A stretch of DNA of 32,000 nt, from NCBI RefSeq assembly GCF_009734345.1, contig NZ_CP032551.1, positions 690,001 to 722,000 on the forward strand, written 5' to 3'. This document shows, piece by piece, positions 18,212-27,815 of the stretch; position 1 is the stretch's first letter, and every line of letters begins with the position of its first letter. Under the pieces are notes generated by a model that had not been told where the DNA came from, ran no database searches, and saw only the letters and a program-made list of their open reading frames with translations. This DNA is from Pseudidiomarina andamanensis (GTDB lineage: Bacteria; Pseudomonadota; Gammaproteobacteria; Enterobacterales; Alteromonadaceae). The translations under genes were made by a program, and so were the position numbers.

Positions 18212-20245
18212 ATGCCGACAGCTACTCGCAAAATTCTGGTCACCAACGCATTGCCTTATGCTAACGGGCCTATCCACATTGGGCACATGTTGGGCTACAT
18301 TCAAGCCGACATTTGGGTACGTTTTCAAAAACTCCGTGGTCACGAATGTCACTATGTGTGTGCGGATGACGCACACGGCACACCTATTATGCTAAAAGCT
18401 CAGCAGCTTGGTATTGAGCCAGAGCAGATGATTGCGGAAATGAACGCGGCACACCAAGCAGATTTTGCGGATTTTCATGTAGCGTTTGATCATTATCACT
18501 CAACGCACAGTGACGAGAACCGAGAACTTGCTGAATTAATTTATACACGCTTACGTGACAATGGTTACATTAAAACCAAAACCATTGAGCAGCTTTATGA
18601 CCCGCAGAAGCAAATGTTTTTGCCTGACCGTTTTGTAAAAGGTGATTGCCCTAAATGCGGTGCCACCGATCAATACGGCGATAACTGCGACGTTTGTGGC
18701 GCGACATATGCGCCGACTGAGCTTAAGAATCCGAAATCAGCCGTATCTGGCGCAACACCAGAATTGCGTCAATCGGAGCATTACTTCTTTGACTTGCCAG
18801 CATTTGAAAACATGCTGAAAGAGTGGACCCGCTCAGGATCACTCCAAGACGAAATGGCAAATAAACTCAACGAGTGGTTCGAGTCAGGCCTACAGATGTG
18901 GGACATCAGTCGCGATGCGCCCTACTTTGGTTTTGAGATTCCAGATGCGCCGGGCAAATACTTTTATGTTTGGCTGGATGCGCCAATTGGTTATATGGGT
19001 AGTTTCAAACACTACTGCAATACCACGGGTAAAGCTGATTTTGACACCTATTGGCAAGTTGGTAGCGACGCTGAGCTTTATCATTTTATTGGTAAAGACA
19101 TCATTTATTTCCACAGCCTGTTTTGGCCATCAATGCTCAAAGGTGCAAATTTCCGTCAACCAACGAACGTTTGGGCGCATGGTTTTATTACCGTAAACGG
19201 TACGAAGATGTCGAAGTCCAAAGGCACTTTCGTCATGGCGCGTACCTATTTAGATCATTTAGATCCGGATTACTTGCGTTATTACTTCGCAGCGAAACTG
19301 ACCAATCGTATTGACGATTTAGATTTGAACCTCACTGACTTTGCCCAGCGCGTGAACGCTGACTTAGTTGGTAAAGTCGTCAACATAGCAAGCCGTTGTG
19401 CTGGATTTATTAGCAAAAAATTCGACGGTAAATTAGCTGCAACGATTAGCGACACAAGCCTTCTGGATGAGTTCCAAGCCGCAGCTGAAAGCATCGCCCA
19501 AGCCTATGAAAAACGAGAATTTTCTAAAGCAATGCGCGATATTATGGCGCTGGCTGATAAAGCAAACTTCTACATTGCTGAAAAAGAGCCATGGCAGTTA
19601 ATTAAAGACCCAGCCAAAGCAGACGAAGTACACGAAATTTGCTCTATCGGAATTAATTTGTTCCGCTTGTTAATGATTTATCTCACGCCAATTGTTCCGG
19701 CTTTGGCGGAACGTGTTCAAGCATTCTTGAACGACGAATTTACTTGGGACAGCCATCAAGTGATTTTAAAAGATCACGCCATTAGCCCGTTCAAAGCCCT
19801 ATTACAACGTATTGAAATGGAAAAAGTTGAAGCCATGATTGAAGATTCAAAAGCACAAAATGAAGCGGCAGCCGCTGCGCCAATTAGCAATGGCGAGTTA
19901 GAACGCGATCCGATTAGTGCAGAAATTAACTATGATGATTTCGCCAAAGTTGATTTGCGTGTTGCGCTTATCGCCAACGCAGAACATGTTGAAGGTGCTG
20001 ATAAATTGCTGAAGTTAACGCTCGATTTAGGTGGCGAAACACGCCAAGTATTTGCGGGTATTAAGTCTGCCTATGCACCTGAAAAGCTCATTGGTCAACA
20101 CACCGTGATGGTCGCTAACTTAGCGCCACGCAAAATGCGCTTTGGTATGTCAGAAGGCATGGTGTTAGCGGCAGGTCCAGGTGGCGAAGAGTTGTTTATT
20201 CTTAACCCGCATGATGGTGCGAAGCCTGGGATGCGTGTGAAATAA
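18212..20245 (+). CDS. metG: Methionine--tRNA ligase
   Basis: ATG 18212 (GGA 7 nt upstream) gives [25 protein letters not shown] and a 677-aa product, aligning with E. coli MetG. Zn knuckle CPKCG...CDVCG, KMSKS motif, and a C-terminal tRNA-binding domain. Confidence 0.97.
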   Translation: MPTATRKILVTNALPYANGPIHIGHMLGYIQADIWVRFQKLRGHECHYVCADDAHGTPIMLKAQQLGIEPEQMIAEMNAAHQADFADFHVAFDHYHSTHSDENRELAELIYTRLRDNGYIKTKTIEQLYDPQKQMFLPDRFVKGDCPKCGATDQYGDNCDVCGATYAPTELKNPKSAVSGATPELRQSEHYFFDLPAFENMLKEWTRSGSLQDEMANKLNEWFESGLQMWDISRDAPYFGFEIPDAPGKYFYVWLDAPIGYMGSFKHYCNTTGKADFDTYWQVGSDAELYHFIGKDIIYFHSLFWPSMLKGANFRQPTNVWAHGFITVNGTKMSKSKGTFVMARTYLDHLDPDYLRYYFAAKLTNRIDDLDLNLTDFAQRVNADLVGKVVNIASRCAGFISKKFDGKLAATISDTSLLDEFQAAAESIAQAYEKREFSKAMRDIMALADKANFYIAEKEPWQLIKDPAKADEVHEICSIGINLFRLLMIYLTPIVPALAERVQAFLNDEFTWDSHQVILKDHAISPFKALLQRIEMEKVEAMIEDSKAQNEAAAAAPISNGELERDPISAEINYDDFAKVDLRVALIANAEHVEGADKLLKLTLDLGGETRQVFAGIKSAYAPEKLIGQHTVMVANLAPRKMRFGMSEGMVLAAGPGGEELFILNPHDGAKPGMRVK

Positions 20246-21435
20246 TGGTGGCGACTATTCACCTGCTTGCAGGCAAAGAAAAATCATTGCGTCGTTTACA
20301 CCCTTGGGTGTTCAGCGGCGCCATCGCCCGCGTCAAGGGCACCCCAAAGGCAGGTGAAACCGTCTCGATACACAGCGCCGACGGCGATTGGCTCGGTTAT
20401 GCTGCATGGTCACCACAATCGCAGATCCGCGCTCGTGTTTGGAGCTTCCAGCAAAATGACGTCATTGATGCTGATTTTTTCAAACAACGCATCGCTGCCG
20501 CGAAAGCACTTCGCGAAGGGCTAAGTATTCGAAGTAATGCGTACCGTTTGGTTGCTGCAGAAGCAGATCAATTACCGGGCGTTACCATCGATAAATACGA
20601 CAACTGGCTGGTATGTCAATTGCTCAGCACCGGCGCCGATTATTGGCGCGATGCCATTGTTGCGGCACTACGCGAACTCTTTCCAGAGTGCTCTATTTTT
20701 GAACGTTCAGACGTTGATGTGCGTCAAAAAGAGGGGTTAAAACCGGTGGTGCAACTGTTGCACAGCGACAACGGCGAGCTGCCTCCTGCCACCGTGTGGA
20801 TTGAGGAAAATGGCTTACAGCTTGGCGTGGATATTCAAGGTGGCCATAAAACCGGTTACTACCTCGACCAGCGTGATAGCCGCGCGGCCATTCAAAAGTA
20901 TGCTGCCGGCAAACGCGTTCTTAATGCTTTCAGTTACACCGGTGGTTTTGGTCTCTACGCTGCAGCGGCTGGTGCTGCAGAAGTCGTCAACCTTGATGTA
21001 TCAGCCCCGGCGCTTGAACAAGCCTTACAAAATCACACGCGCAACCAACTTTCAAATGACACGCTGACGAATTTGCAAGAAGACGTATTCGAAGCACTGC
21101 GTAAGTTTCATCAAAGTGGCGAACGATTCGATGTGATCGTTCTTGACCCGCCGAAATTCGTGGATAGCAAGGCTAACCTCATGCGTGCTTGTCGTGGCTA
21201 TAAAGATATTAACCGTCTCGCCTGTATGATTTTGAAGCCCGGTGGCACCCTGTTCACATTCTCGTGCTCAGGATTGCTCTCTGGTGAGTTATTCCAGAAA
21301 GTTGTTGCCGATGCTGTACTTGATGCGAAACGACCATTGCATATCATTGAACGACTGTTTCAAGGCGCAGACCACCCAGTACGAACCAATTTCCCTGAGT
21401 CATTGTACTTGAAGGGATTGGTACTTCGCGGTTGA
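20245..21435 (+). CDS. rlmI: 23S rRNA (cytosine1962-C5)-methyltransferase
   Basis: 396-aa ORF collinear with E. coli RlmI/YccW (GKEKSLRRLHPWVFSGA...GHKTGYYLDQRDSR...DPPKF...CRGYKDIN...YLKG). Its ATG overlaps the metG TAA by 1 nt (TAATG). Confidence 0.93.
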   Translation: MVATIHLLAGKEKSLRRLHPWVFSGAIARVKGTPKAGETVSIHSADGDWLGYAAWSPQSQIRARVWSFQQNDVIDADFFKQRIAAAKALREGLSIRSNAYRLVAAEADQLPGVTIDKYDNWLVCQLLSTGADYWRDAIVAALRELFPECSIFERSDVDVRQKEGLKPVVQLLHSDNGELPPATVWIEENGLQLGVDIQGGHKTGYYLDQRDSRAAIQKYAAGKRVLNAFSYTGGFGLYAAAAGAAEVVNLDVSAPALEQALQNHTRNQLSNDTLTNLQEDVFEALRKFHQSGERFDVIVLDPPKFVDSKANLMRACRGYKDINRLACMILKPGGTLFTFSCSGLLSGELFQKVVADAVLDAKRPLHIIERLFQGADHPVRTNFPESLYLKGLVLRG

Positions 21436-21479
21436 TTTCGCTAGAGTATGGTTAATTAAAAAATTAAAAGGTGAATGGC

Positions 21480-21851
21480 ATGAGTACCACTATTTTTGAC
21501 AAGATTATTGCCAAAGAGATACCCGCAGAAATTGTGTATGAAGACGAGCTGAGTCTAGCCTTTAAAGATATCAATCCGCAAGCACCTGTACACCTTTTGA
21601 TCATCCCAAAGCGTCGCATTGCCACCATCAACGATATTGAAGAGAACGATCGTGAATTAGTTGGTCATTTGTATATTGTTGCAGCACGTTTAGCGCAGCA
21701 ATTCGGCTTTGCGAAAGACGGTTACCGTGTTGTCATGAATTGCAACGAAGATGGCGGCCAGTCGGTGTATCACATTCATTTGCACTTACTAGCTGGTGTT
21801 ACCATGGGTTGGCCGCCATTTGCCAATAATCGCCCTAAGCAAGTCGGTTAA
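21480..21851 (+). CDS. hinT: HIT-family purine nucleoside phosphoramidase (HinT-like)
   Basis: ATG 21480 lies 6 nt after [29 protein letters not shown]... and the histidine triad HIHLHLL parallel E. coli HinT. Confidence 0.85.
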   Translation: MSTTIFDKIIAKEIPAEIVYEDELSLAFKDINPQAPVHLLIIPKRRIATINDIEENDRELVGHLYIVAARLAQQFGFAKDGYRVVMNCNEDGGQSVYHIHLHLLAGVTMGWPPFANNRPKQVG

Positions 21852-21856
21852 TATCT

Positions 21857-22300
21857 ATGGCAAGTTTCAAAAAGCCAAATGCTGAAGAGTTGAAACAACG
21901 TCTGACCGACATGCAATATTATGTCACCCAAGAAGATGGCACAGAGCCGCCGTTTCAAAACGCTTATTGGAACGAAAAACGGCGCGGTATTTACGTCGAT
22001 GTTGTCAGCGGCGAACCGCTCTATTCGTCAGCAGATAAATTTGATTCGAGTTGTGGCTGGCCCAGTTTTACAAAAACCATCAATGAACAGGCCGTTACTG
22101 AACGTCAAGACCTGAAGTTTGGCATGGTTCGTACTGAAATTCGTAGTGCTCAAGCCGATTCTCACCTTGGCCACGTATTTGACGATGGTCCATTACCTCT
22201 CGGTACTCGTCATTGCGTCAATTCTGCGGCAGTTGAATTTATTCCTGTTGAAGAAATGGAAAAGCGTGGTTACGGCGACTGGATTAAGTACATAAGCTAG
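21857..22300 (+). CDS. msrB: Peptide-methionine (R)-S-oxide reductase
   Basis: 147-aa ORF. SelR motifs CGWPSF, HLGHVF and RHCVNS. Collinear with E. coli MsrB, but lacks both CxxC zinc motifs. Confidence 0.93.
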   Translation: MASFKKPNAEELKQRLTDMQYYVTQEDGTEPPFQNAYWNEKRRGIYVDVVSGEPLYSSADKFDSSCGWPSFTKTINEQAVTERQDLKFGMVRTEIRSAQADSHLGHVFDDGPLPLGTRHCVNSAAVEFIPVEEMEKRGYGDWIKYIS

Positions 22301-22317
22301 CCGCCGTCTATACTTCG

Positions 22318-24069
22318 TTATTGATTACCCGCAGCAATGCCCTCACGACGTGGATCAGCGCCGCCATAAAGCGTGCCATCGCTCAGCAAGCTGATACCGT
22401 GTAAGCCACTGTTTAAATCTTGCACCTTCACGTCATGACCGCGGTGACGCAGTCTGTCGGCAAGAGCTTCAATAGCTGTTCCTTTCTCTAGACTCGTGAC
22501 GCCATTTAAGTTGGTGACATGCGGTAAGTCGATGGCTGCCTGCATATCGAGATCCCAATCGAGTAAACCAACGAGCGTTTGTGCCACATAATTAATGATA
22601 CGTGCGCCACCTGGTGAACCAACCGCATGTATCGGTGCACCGCTGGCATCAAAAACCATCATCGGCGACATAGAACTGCGTGGACGTTTACCAGCCTCAA
22701 CACGGTTAGCAACCAATTCACCGTTTACTTCAGGCACAATTGAAAAGTCAGTGAGTTGATTATTGAGTAAAAATCCAGCTGCCATCACACCCGAACCAAA
22801 GCCCATTTCAATACTTGATGTCATGGAGAAGACGTTGCCTTCAGCGTCGACAATACTCACATGGGTGGTGTTTGGAAATTCTGGCGATTGGTCATCGGCA
22901 TAACTATATTGAGTAAACACGCCGGCTTGAGCGCGACCCATATCGCCTTCTTGAATAAGACTGGCGCGCTCACTCAAATAACCCTTATTCAAAAGCTCAG
23001 TAACCGGCACATCAACAAAATCGCTATCGGCAATGTAACGATTACGGTCGGCAAACGCTAAGCGTGAAGCCTGAGTAAAATGATGAACCGCGGTTTCAGA
23101 GTTAACAGCCCACTCGTTTACAGGGAAGTTTTCTAACATGCCAAGAATTTGCAGCACCGTGATACCGCCCGAACTCGGCGGCCCCATGCCGCACACTTCG
23201 TAAACGCGGTATTCGGCACACACTGGCTCACGAAGAATAGCCTGATACACTGCTAAATCATCGTGTTGCATCAAACCTGGGTTAATTGGCGCGTTTTGGA
23301 CCGCTCTTACAATCGCATCAGCAATCTCACCTTGATAAAAAGCATCGGCACCTTTTTCAGCAATCAAGCGCAACGTTTTTGCATACTCAGGGTTCTGTTT
23401 AATACTTCCAGCCTGCAGTGCTTCACCATTTGGATAGAAGTACTCCTTACCCGGTGACATTTTTAACAGCCCTGGGCTTATTTTTAATTCGAGTAACTTT
23501 TGCAGACGTTCACCAACTACAAATCCGTGCTCAGCTTTGTCGATGGTTTCAGAGAAGAGTTCAGACCAAGCCAACTTTCCCCAGCGTTCATGTGCAAGTT
23601 CGAGACCTCGCAAAATACCCGGCGTACCCACGGAACGGCCGCCAGTTACCGCATCCATAAACTGCTTTGGTGGTTTCCCTTGAGCGTCTAGAAACAACGC
23701 TGGTGTTGCTGTCATCGGGGCGGTTTCACGCGCATCAATGGTGAATAGCTTCTGCTCTTTGGCATCCCAATACAGCATAAAACCCCCACCACCTAATCCT
23801 GATGATTGCGGCTCGGTCAGTGTCAGCATGGCTTGAACCGCAACAGCTGCATCAATCACGGTGCCACCAGCGGCAAGAATAGCTTCACCCGCACGGGCAG
23901 CCGCTGGCGTTGCAGCTGCAACCATATGTCGGTTTGCCGTAACACCAGACTTCTCAACAAAGCCTGTCGCAGCCTCAGGGTCTAAAGCCGCCGTTTTATC
24001 TGCTTGGGTTGGCGAGACATCACTGCATGCTGAAACGGCTAACGCAGCGAACAACATCAAATAGCGCAT
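22318..24069 (-). CDS. ggt: Gamma-glutamyltranspeptidase (lipoprotein-type signal)
   Basis: ATG 24069 gives MRYLMLFAALAVSACS (lipobox). GGT signatures are present, including the autoprocessing site ...FPNTTHVSIVD, and GGARI near the C-terminus. Confidence 0.92.
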   Translation of the reverse strand: MRYLMLFAALAVSACSDVSPTQADKTAALDPEAATGFVEKSGVTANRHMVAAATPAAARAGEAILAAGGTVIDAAVAVQAMLTLTEPQSSGLGGGGFMLYWDAKEQKLFTIDARETAPMTATPALFLDAQGKPPKQFMDAVTGGRSVGTPGILRGLELAHERWGKLAWSELFSETIDKAEHGFVVGERLQKLLELKISPGLLKMSPGKEYFYPNGEALQAGSIKQNPEYAKTLRLIAEKGADAFYQGEIADAIVRAVQNAPINPGLMQHDDLAVYQAILREPVCAEYRVYEVCGMGPPSSGGITVLQILGMLENFPVNEWAVNSETAVHHFTQASRLAFADRNRYIADSDFVDVPVTELLNKGYLSERASLIQEGDMGRAQAGVFTQYSYADDQSPEFPNTTHVSIVDAEGNVFSMTSSIEMGFGSGVMAAGFLLNNQLTDFSIVPEVNGELVANRVEAGKRPRSSMSPMMVFDASGAPIHAVGSPGGARIINYVAQTLVGLLDWDLDMQAAIDLPHVTNLNGVTSLEKGTAIEALADRLRHRGHDVKVQDLNSGLHGISLLSDGTLYGGADPRREGIAAGNQ

Positions 24070-24180
24070 CGTTATTATCCTTGTTAAGCGAATTCTTGGC
24101 TGTTGATAGTTTACAGCCACGCGAATAACCACTTATCATACGGGCTCAAGCAGATCAGAACAATCATAAAAAGGTCGCGT

Positions 24181-24801
24181 ATGTCAGAGCGTATTCAGGT
24201 TATCATTGCGTCGGTACTTATTGCCGTTATTGCCATTTGGTTACCTTTCTATCAAGCAGAAACAGGCTCGTTACTCGATCAATATGACTACCACGCTAGC
24301 GTTGTCTGGCAACAACCATGGCGCATTTTTACCGCCCATATCTTCCATCTTGACGCAACACACGCCGTCACAAATGCAATAGCTCTGGTACTCGTAACGC
24401 TCTTTTTTGCACACCACTTTAGCGTTCGCACTTGGTTCAATGCTGTGATTGTCATTACCGTCATTTGCATCGCAGTTGTGTGGCTGATTGGCACACCAGA
24501 GCGGTTTGTCGGCTTATCCGCGCTTATTCATGGTTTGCTGTTGACCAGCCTATTACTAGAGTGGTCGCAACATAATTACGCTCGAACCGATTGGTTATCG
24601 CCACTGGTAATCGGCTTATTGGTATTGAAAGTTTTGCTTGAAATTATCGGGGTCATGCACAGCGCTATCTTACTTAGTGCTGGCACAGACTATGGCTATA
24701 TCCATCTTGCCGGGCTGGTTGGCGGTGTAATCGCATGGCGATTGCACCGAAAGCGTTTGGCCTCGATCACCTCAAAACCGAGACCACCCGCTAACAACTA
24801 A
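24181..24801 (+). CDS. rrtA: Small rhomboid-family intramembrane serine protease, probable rhombosortase
   Basis: ATG 24181 with SD AAAGG gives a ~206-aa, ~6-TM protein with no extra domains. WQQPWRIFTAHIFHLDATHAVTNA (compare the WR..T.H..H...H...N motif), catalytic-Ser context FVGLSALIHGL, and distal His in IHLAGLVGGV. Size and motifs fit my recall of rhombosortase better than GlpG-type rhomboids. Confidence 0.6.
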   Translation: MSERIQVIIASVLIAVIAIWLPFYQAETGSLLDQYDYHASVVWQQPWRIFTAHIFHLDATHAVTNAIALVLVTLFFAHHFSVRTWFNAVIVITVICIAVVWLIGTPERFVGLSALIHGLLLTSLLLEWSQHNYARTDWLSPLVIGLLVLKVLLEIIGVMHSAILLSAGTDYGYIHLAGLVGGVIAWRLHRKRLASITSKPRPPANN

Positions 24802-24839
24802 TATCTAATATCTAATAGTTAATATCTAATAGCTAATAT
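24791..24839. repeat. Tandem heptanucleotide repeat, 7 copies (CTAACAA CTAATAT CTAATAT CTAATAG TTAATAT CTAATAG CTAATAT)
   Basis: Read directly. It begins in the last codons of the rhomboid gene, includes that gene's stop codon (TAA 24799-24801), and continues into the convergent intergenic region. It is followed by GCTTTTGCTTTTGTTGTTT. Confidence 0.8.
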
Positions 24840-24857
24840 CGCTTTTGCTTTTGTTGT

Positions 24858-25160
24858 TTAAAGCACAATTCGGTCTTTATTCAGTTCAAGCATTCGCGGG
24901 CCAATACCTTTCACCTGCATTAACTGATTAATATCAGTAAACTGCCCTAATTCTTCGCGCAGCTTCACAATATCTTTTGCACGCTTAATACCAACACCTG
25001 TTAACGCATACGCCAACTGCTCTGCATCTGCAGTATTAATATTTATGCCTGCAGTTTGGCTCGCGGCTTGAATCGGTGCAACCATTGCAGCCGCTTGCGA
25101 CGGCGAGAGCATCACCAAAGGTGCAAGCATCGAAGTGAAAATCAGTGTTTTCCGTAACAT
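24858..25160 (-). CDS. ComEA-family helix-hairpin-helix DNA-binding protein (periplasmic)
   Basis: 100-aa ORF with a signal peptide. ININTADAEQL...GVGIKRAKDIV..RE..G.F..I.QL..VKGIGPRMLE is the typical ComEA/YbaV HhH pattern. Confidence 0.85.
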   Translation of the reverse strand: MLRKTLIFTSMLAPLVMLSPSQAAAMVAPIQAASQTAGININTADAEQLAYALTGVGIKRAKDIVKLREELGQFTDINQLMQVKGIGPRMLELNKDRIVL

Positions 25161-25207
25161 AAACGCTCCTCAATAACGTAGATTAAAAGCATCAATAGAG
25201 GCTTTCG

Positions 25208-25237
25208 CACGTGCACAATCATTACGTTGTGCACGTG
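25208..25237. repeat. Perfect 11-bp inverted repeat CACGTGCACAA-N8-TTGTGCACGTG between pyrF and the comEA-like gene
   Basis: Arms at 25208-25218 and 25227-25237. No T-run follows on either strand, so it is not a canonical intrinsic terminator. It could be an operator, an RNA hairpin or a factor-dependent terminator. Confidence 0.5.
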
Positions 25238-25284
25238 AGAGAGTTTAGAAGGAATTGATAAGGGGTGCTAAAAATTTAAGCGTA

Positions 25285-25983
25285 TTACGCTGTCAGAGAT
25301 GCCTGTATTTCACTTAACGCGGCAACCGGATCGGGGGCCTGCGTAATTGGACGACCAATCACTAACACTTCGATTCCCAATGCCGCAGCCTCAGGTGGTG
25401 TCATCACACGGCGTTGATCGCCCTGCTCTGAACCTACAGGGCGTATCCCTGGCGTTACGCGTAAGAAGCCGGCACCACAGGTTGCAGCAATGGCCTCAGC
25501 TTCCCAAGCGGAGCATACAACACCATCTAACCCTGCAGCTTGAGTAAGCTTGGCAAGCTTAAGTACGTGTTCCGCGGGAGGTACATCAATACCAACTTCC
25601 TGAAGGTCTTCTGCACTCATGCTGGTTAACACTGTTACCGCAATCACATAAGGCCGGTTAGGTATATCCGCAACCGCATCGCGCGCCGCTTCCAGCATCC
25701 GCCGGCCACCACTCGCGTGCACATTCACCATCCATACACCGAGCTCAGCAGCAGCCCGCACGGCTTTGTTGACTGTGTTGGGAATATCATGGAATTTCAA
25801 ATCTAGAAAAACTTTAAACCCACGCTGAACCAGCTCTCTTACAAAGTCAGGCCCGGCACTAGTGAATAGCTCTTTGCCCACTTTTAAACCACATTGCTGC
25901 GGCGAAAGCTTATCAATCAACGGCCATGCTGATTCGGCATTGTCATAATCTAAAGCCACAAAAATTAACGATTGCTGAGTCAT
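25285..25983 (-). CDS. pyrF: Orotidine 5'-phosphate decarboxylase
   Basis: 232-aa ORF. VALDY...LKVG.ELF...[12 protein letters not shown]...VNVHASGG motifs. Its ATG immediately follows the lapB TAA (GGAGAATAAATG). Confidence 0.96.
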   Translation of the reverse strand: MTQQSLIFVALDYDNAESAWPLIDKLSPQQCGLKVGKELFTSAGPDFVRELVQRGFKVFLDLKFHDIPNTVNKAVRAAAELGVWMVNVHASGGRRMLEAARDAVADIPNRPYVIAVTVLTSMSAEDLQEVGIDVPPAEHVLKLAKLTQAAGLDGVVCSAWEAEAIAATCGAGFLRVTPGIRPVGSEQGDQRRVMTPPEAAALGIEVLVIGRPITQAPDPVAALSEIQASLTA

Positions 25984-27141
25984 TTATTCTCCATCTAGCC
26001 CAATGATAGGCTTAATTTCGCCCCATGTACGGCATGACGGACAATGCCAGTACAGAGTACTTCCCGAAAAACCACAATGCCGACAACGATACTTCGGTCG
26101 CTGTTGCATTTGTTGTTGCACCATACGCTGCAACATTTTTAAACTATCGCGGGCTTTACCCACATCAGCAGCACGAATGTGAAAATCCATAAGCTTATGG
26201 AAACCTTTCATGGTTGGATTTTCTAACAGTGTGTTCTGCACAAATTGTTCCGCCGCTTCAATGCCGTTTTCGCGCGCGATCATTTCCGATAGCATCACCG
26301 CAGCCGACGTAGAATGCGCTGATTTCACACATTGATGTAAAAACTGAATAAGTCCGCCGATGTCCTGCAATTCATCATAACAGGCCTTAATTAATGGGAG
26401 TGCTTCACTAACAAATTCAGCGTCTTCATCGAGAATACCAACCAGCATTTTTTGCGCTTTACGATACAACCCTTGGTTGTACCACATGCGCCCTAGCGCT
26501 AATGCCGCACGTACACAATCTGGATCATGTTGGCGTGCTTTTAAATAATACTTTTCGGCATGCTCAGTATCATTTTGGCGCTCTGCAAGTTCACAGTAAA
26601 GCTGCGCGACAATTAATTCGGCACTGCGATCATAGCGCATCAGCTTCAGGGCTACCTTAATGGCCTTGTCCCACTCGTGTGTTGATTCATAGAGCTCTAA
26701 GAGATGGCGTTGGCAGGCCTCACGGAACTGCTTATCGCTTTGTAAGGCCAACAACATTTCTTCCGCACGATCATAAATACCGGCGGCTAAGTAATCTAGA
26801 CCAAGTTCGAACATCGCCTGGCGACGATCTTGCTCGCTGATGGTTGGCCGTGAAGTTAAATTTTGATGTATTTTTATGGCGCGATCGAGCTCACCACGAC
26901 GTCGGAATAATTTACCTAAAGCCCAATGGGTTTCAAGAGTATCGGAATCAACGTCTAATAATTCAATAAAGAGATCAACGGCTTTGTCGGGTTGATCCGA
27001 AAGTAATAAATGAAGGCCGGTGACATATTGACGTGAAAACTGTTCTTGTTCTTGCCGATTCTCGTTGCGAACGCTATTACGCCCCATGAACCAACCATAG
27101 GCAGCAGCAACCGGAAGTAACAGAAACAGTAATTCTAACAT
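25984..27141 (-). CDS. lapB: Lipopolysaccharide assembly protein B (TPR plus rubredoxin-like zinc finger)
   Basis: 385-aa ORF. N-terminal TM, TPR repeats, and C-terminal CRHCGFSGSTLYWHCPSCRTWGEIKPIIGLDGE, matching E. coli LapB/YciM. Confidence 0.94.
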   Translation of the reverse strand: MLELLFLLLPVAAAYGWFMGRNSVRNENRQEQEQFSRQYVTGLHLLLSDQPDKAVDLFIELLDVDSDTLETHWALGKLFRRRGELDRAIKIHQNLTSRPTISEQDRRQAMFELGLDYLAAGIYDRAEEMLLALQSDKQFREACQRHLLELYESTHEWDKAIKVALKLMRYDRSAELIVAQLYCELAERQNDTEHAEKYYLKARQHDPDCVRAALALGRMWYNQGLYRKAQKMLVGILDEDAEFVSEALPLIKACYDELQDIGGLIQFLHQCVKSAHSTSAAVMLSEMIARENGIEAAEQFVQNTLLENPTMKGFHKLMDFHIRAADVGKARDSLKMLQRMVQQQMQQRPKYRCRHCGFSGSTLYWHCPSCRTWGEIKPIIGLDGE

Positions 27142-27401
27142 TAAGCAGCGCTCTTAGAATTCACCAATTGTTTTTTTAATTTACGAATGTCACGTCGTAG
27201 CATCCATTGGGCACCGAGCATACTTAATAAGCCGATAAGAAAACCCACGGCTAAAAATAACGCCGTTAATGTAGCCACACTAATTTGTTGTTGCGCGACG
27301 ATAAAGTCAACCGCAATAACCTGCTTATTCAACGCACCAAAGGCGACTGCTATCAGGAACAAAACTATTAAAGGAAGGCTAACAAAAATGAATCGAATCA
27401 T
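27141..27401 (-). CDS. lapA: Lipopolysaccharide assembly protein A (DUF1049 family)
   Basis: ATG 27401 with SD AGGAAA gives MIRFIFVSLPLIVLFLIAVAFGALNKQ..., a two-TM ~86-aa protein. Its stop overlaps the lapB ATG (TAATG). The lapA-lapB-pyrF order matches E. coli yciS-yciM-pyrF. Confidence 0.85.
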   Translation of the reverse strand: MIRFIFVSLPLIVLFLIAVAFGALNKQVIAVDFIVAQQQISVATLTALFLAVGFLIGLLSMLGAQWMLRRDIRKLKKQLVNSKSAA

Positions 27402-27423
27402 ATTCTTTCCTGTCTCGCGCATA

Positions 27424-27457
27424 TAAAAAAACGGCATGCTTACTATAGCATGCCGTT
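27424..27457 (-). terminator. Rho-independent terminator downstream of ihfB
   Basis: Perfect 10-bp stem AACGGCATGC / GCATGCCGTT (27430-27439 and 27448-27457) with an 8-nt loop. A T-run follows on the minus strand (A-run 27424-27430 on plus). Confidence 0.88.
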
Positions 27458-27477
27458 TTCGTTAACTCGACGTTAAA

Positions 27478-27762
27478 TTATCCGATGTTATCGACCCGCT
27501 CTCGCAGTTCTTTACCCGGTTTAAAGTGCGGAACGTATTTTTCGTCCAACTGCACTTTTTCACCAGTCTTCGGATTTCGCCCTTCACGTGGGGCTCGATA
27601 ATGCAGTGAAAAACTACCGAATCCACGTATCTCAATACGTCCACCAGTGGCCATATACTGCGCCATCTGCTCGATAAGTTCTTTCACCGCATCTTCAACC
27701 TGACGCGGAGAAAGCTCTGGGTACAACTTCGTTAACTGGGTAATCAGTTCCGATTTTGTCAT
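27478..27762 (-). CDS. ihfB: Integration host factor subunit beta
   Basis: ATG 27762 lies 6 nt after GAGGAG and gives a 94-aa product. MTKSELI...[29 protein letters not shown]...[15 protein letters not shown] is nearly identical in pattern to E. coli IhfB. Confidence 0.97.
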   Translation of the reverse strand: MTKSELITQLTKLYPELSPRQVEDAVKELIEQMAQYMATGGRIEIRGFGSFSLHYRAPREGRNPKTGEKVQLDEKYVPHFKPGKELRERVDNIG

Positions 27763-27815
27763 CACATGCTCCTCTACTAATGCGTCAATGCATCAAGCCC
27801 ACGTTCAAGCTAATT

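Noticed and set aside
24791-24839. The short tandem repeat considered as a CRISPR array or a mobile-element terminus.
   Set aside because: The units are 7 bp and contiguous, with no spacers. There are no cas genes, transposase or flanking target-site duplication.
25161-25284. A CRP-S/Sxy-type competence promoter site (TGCGA-N6-TCGCA) upstream of the comEA-like gene.
   Set aside because: Only a single TTCGCA half-site-like string is present, adjacent to the inverted repeat. No properly spaced second half-site was found on either strand.
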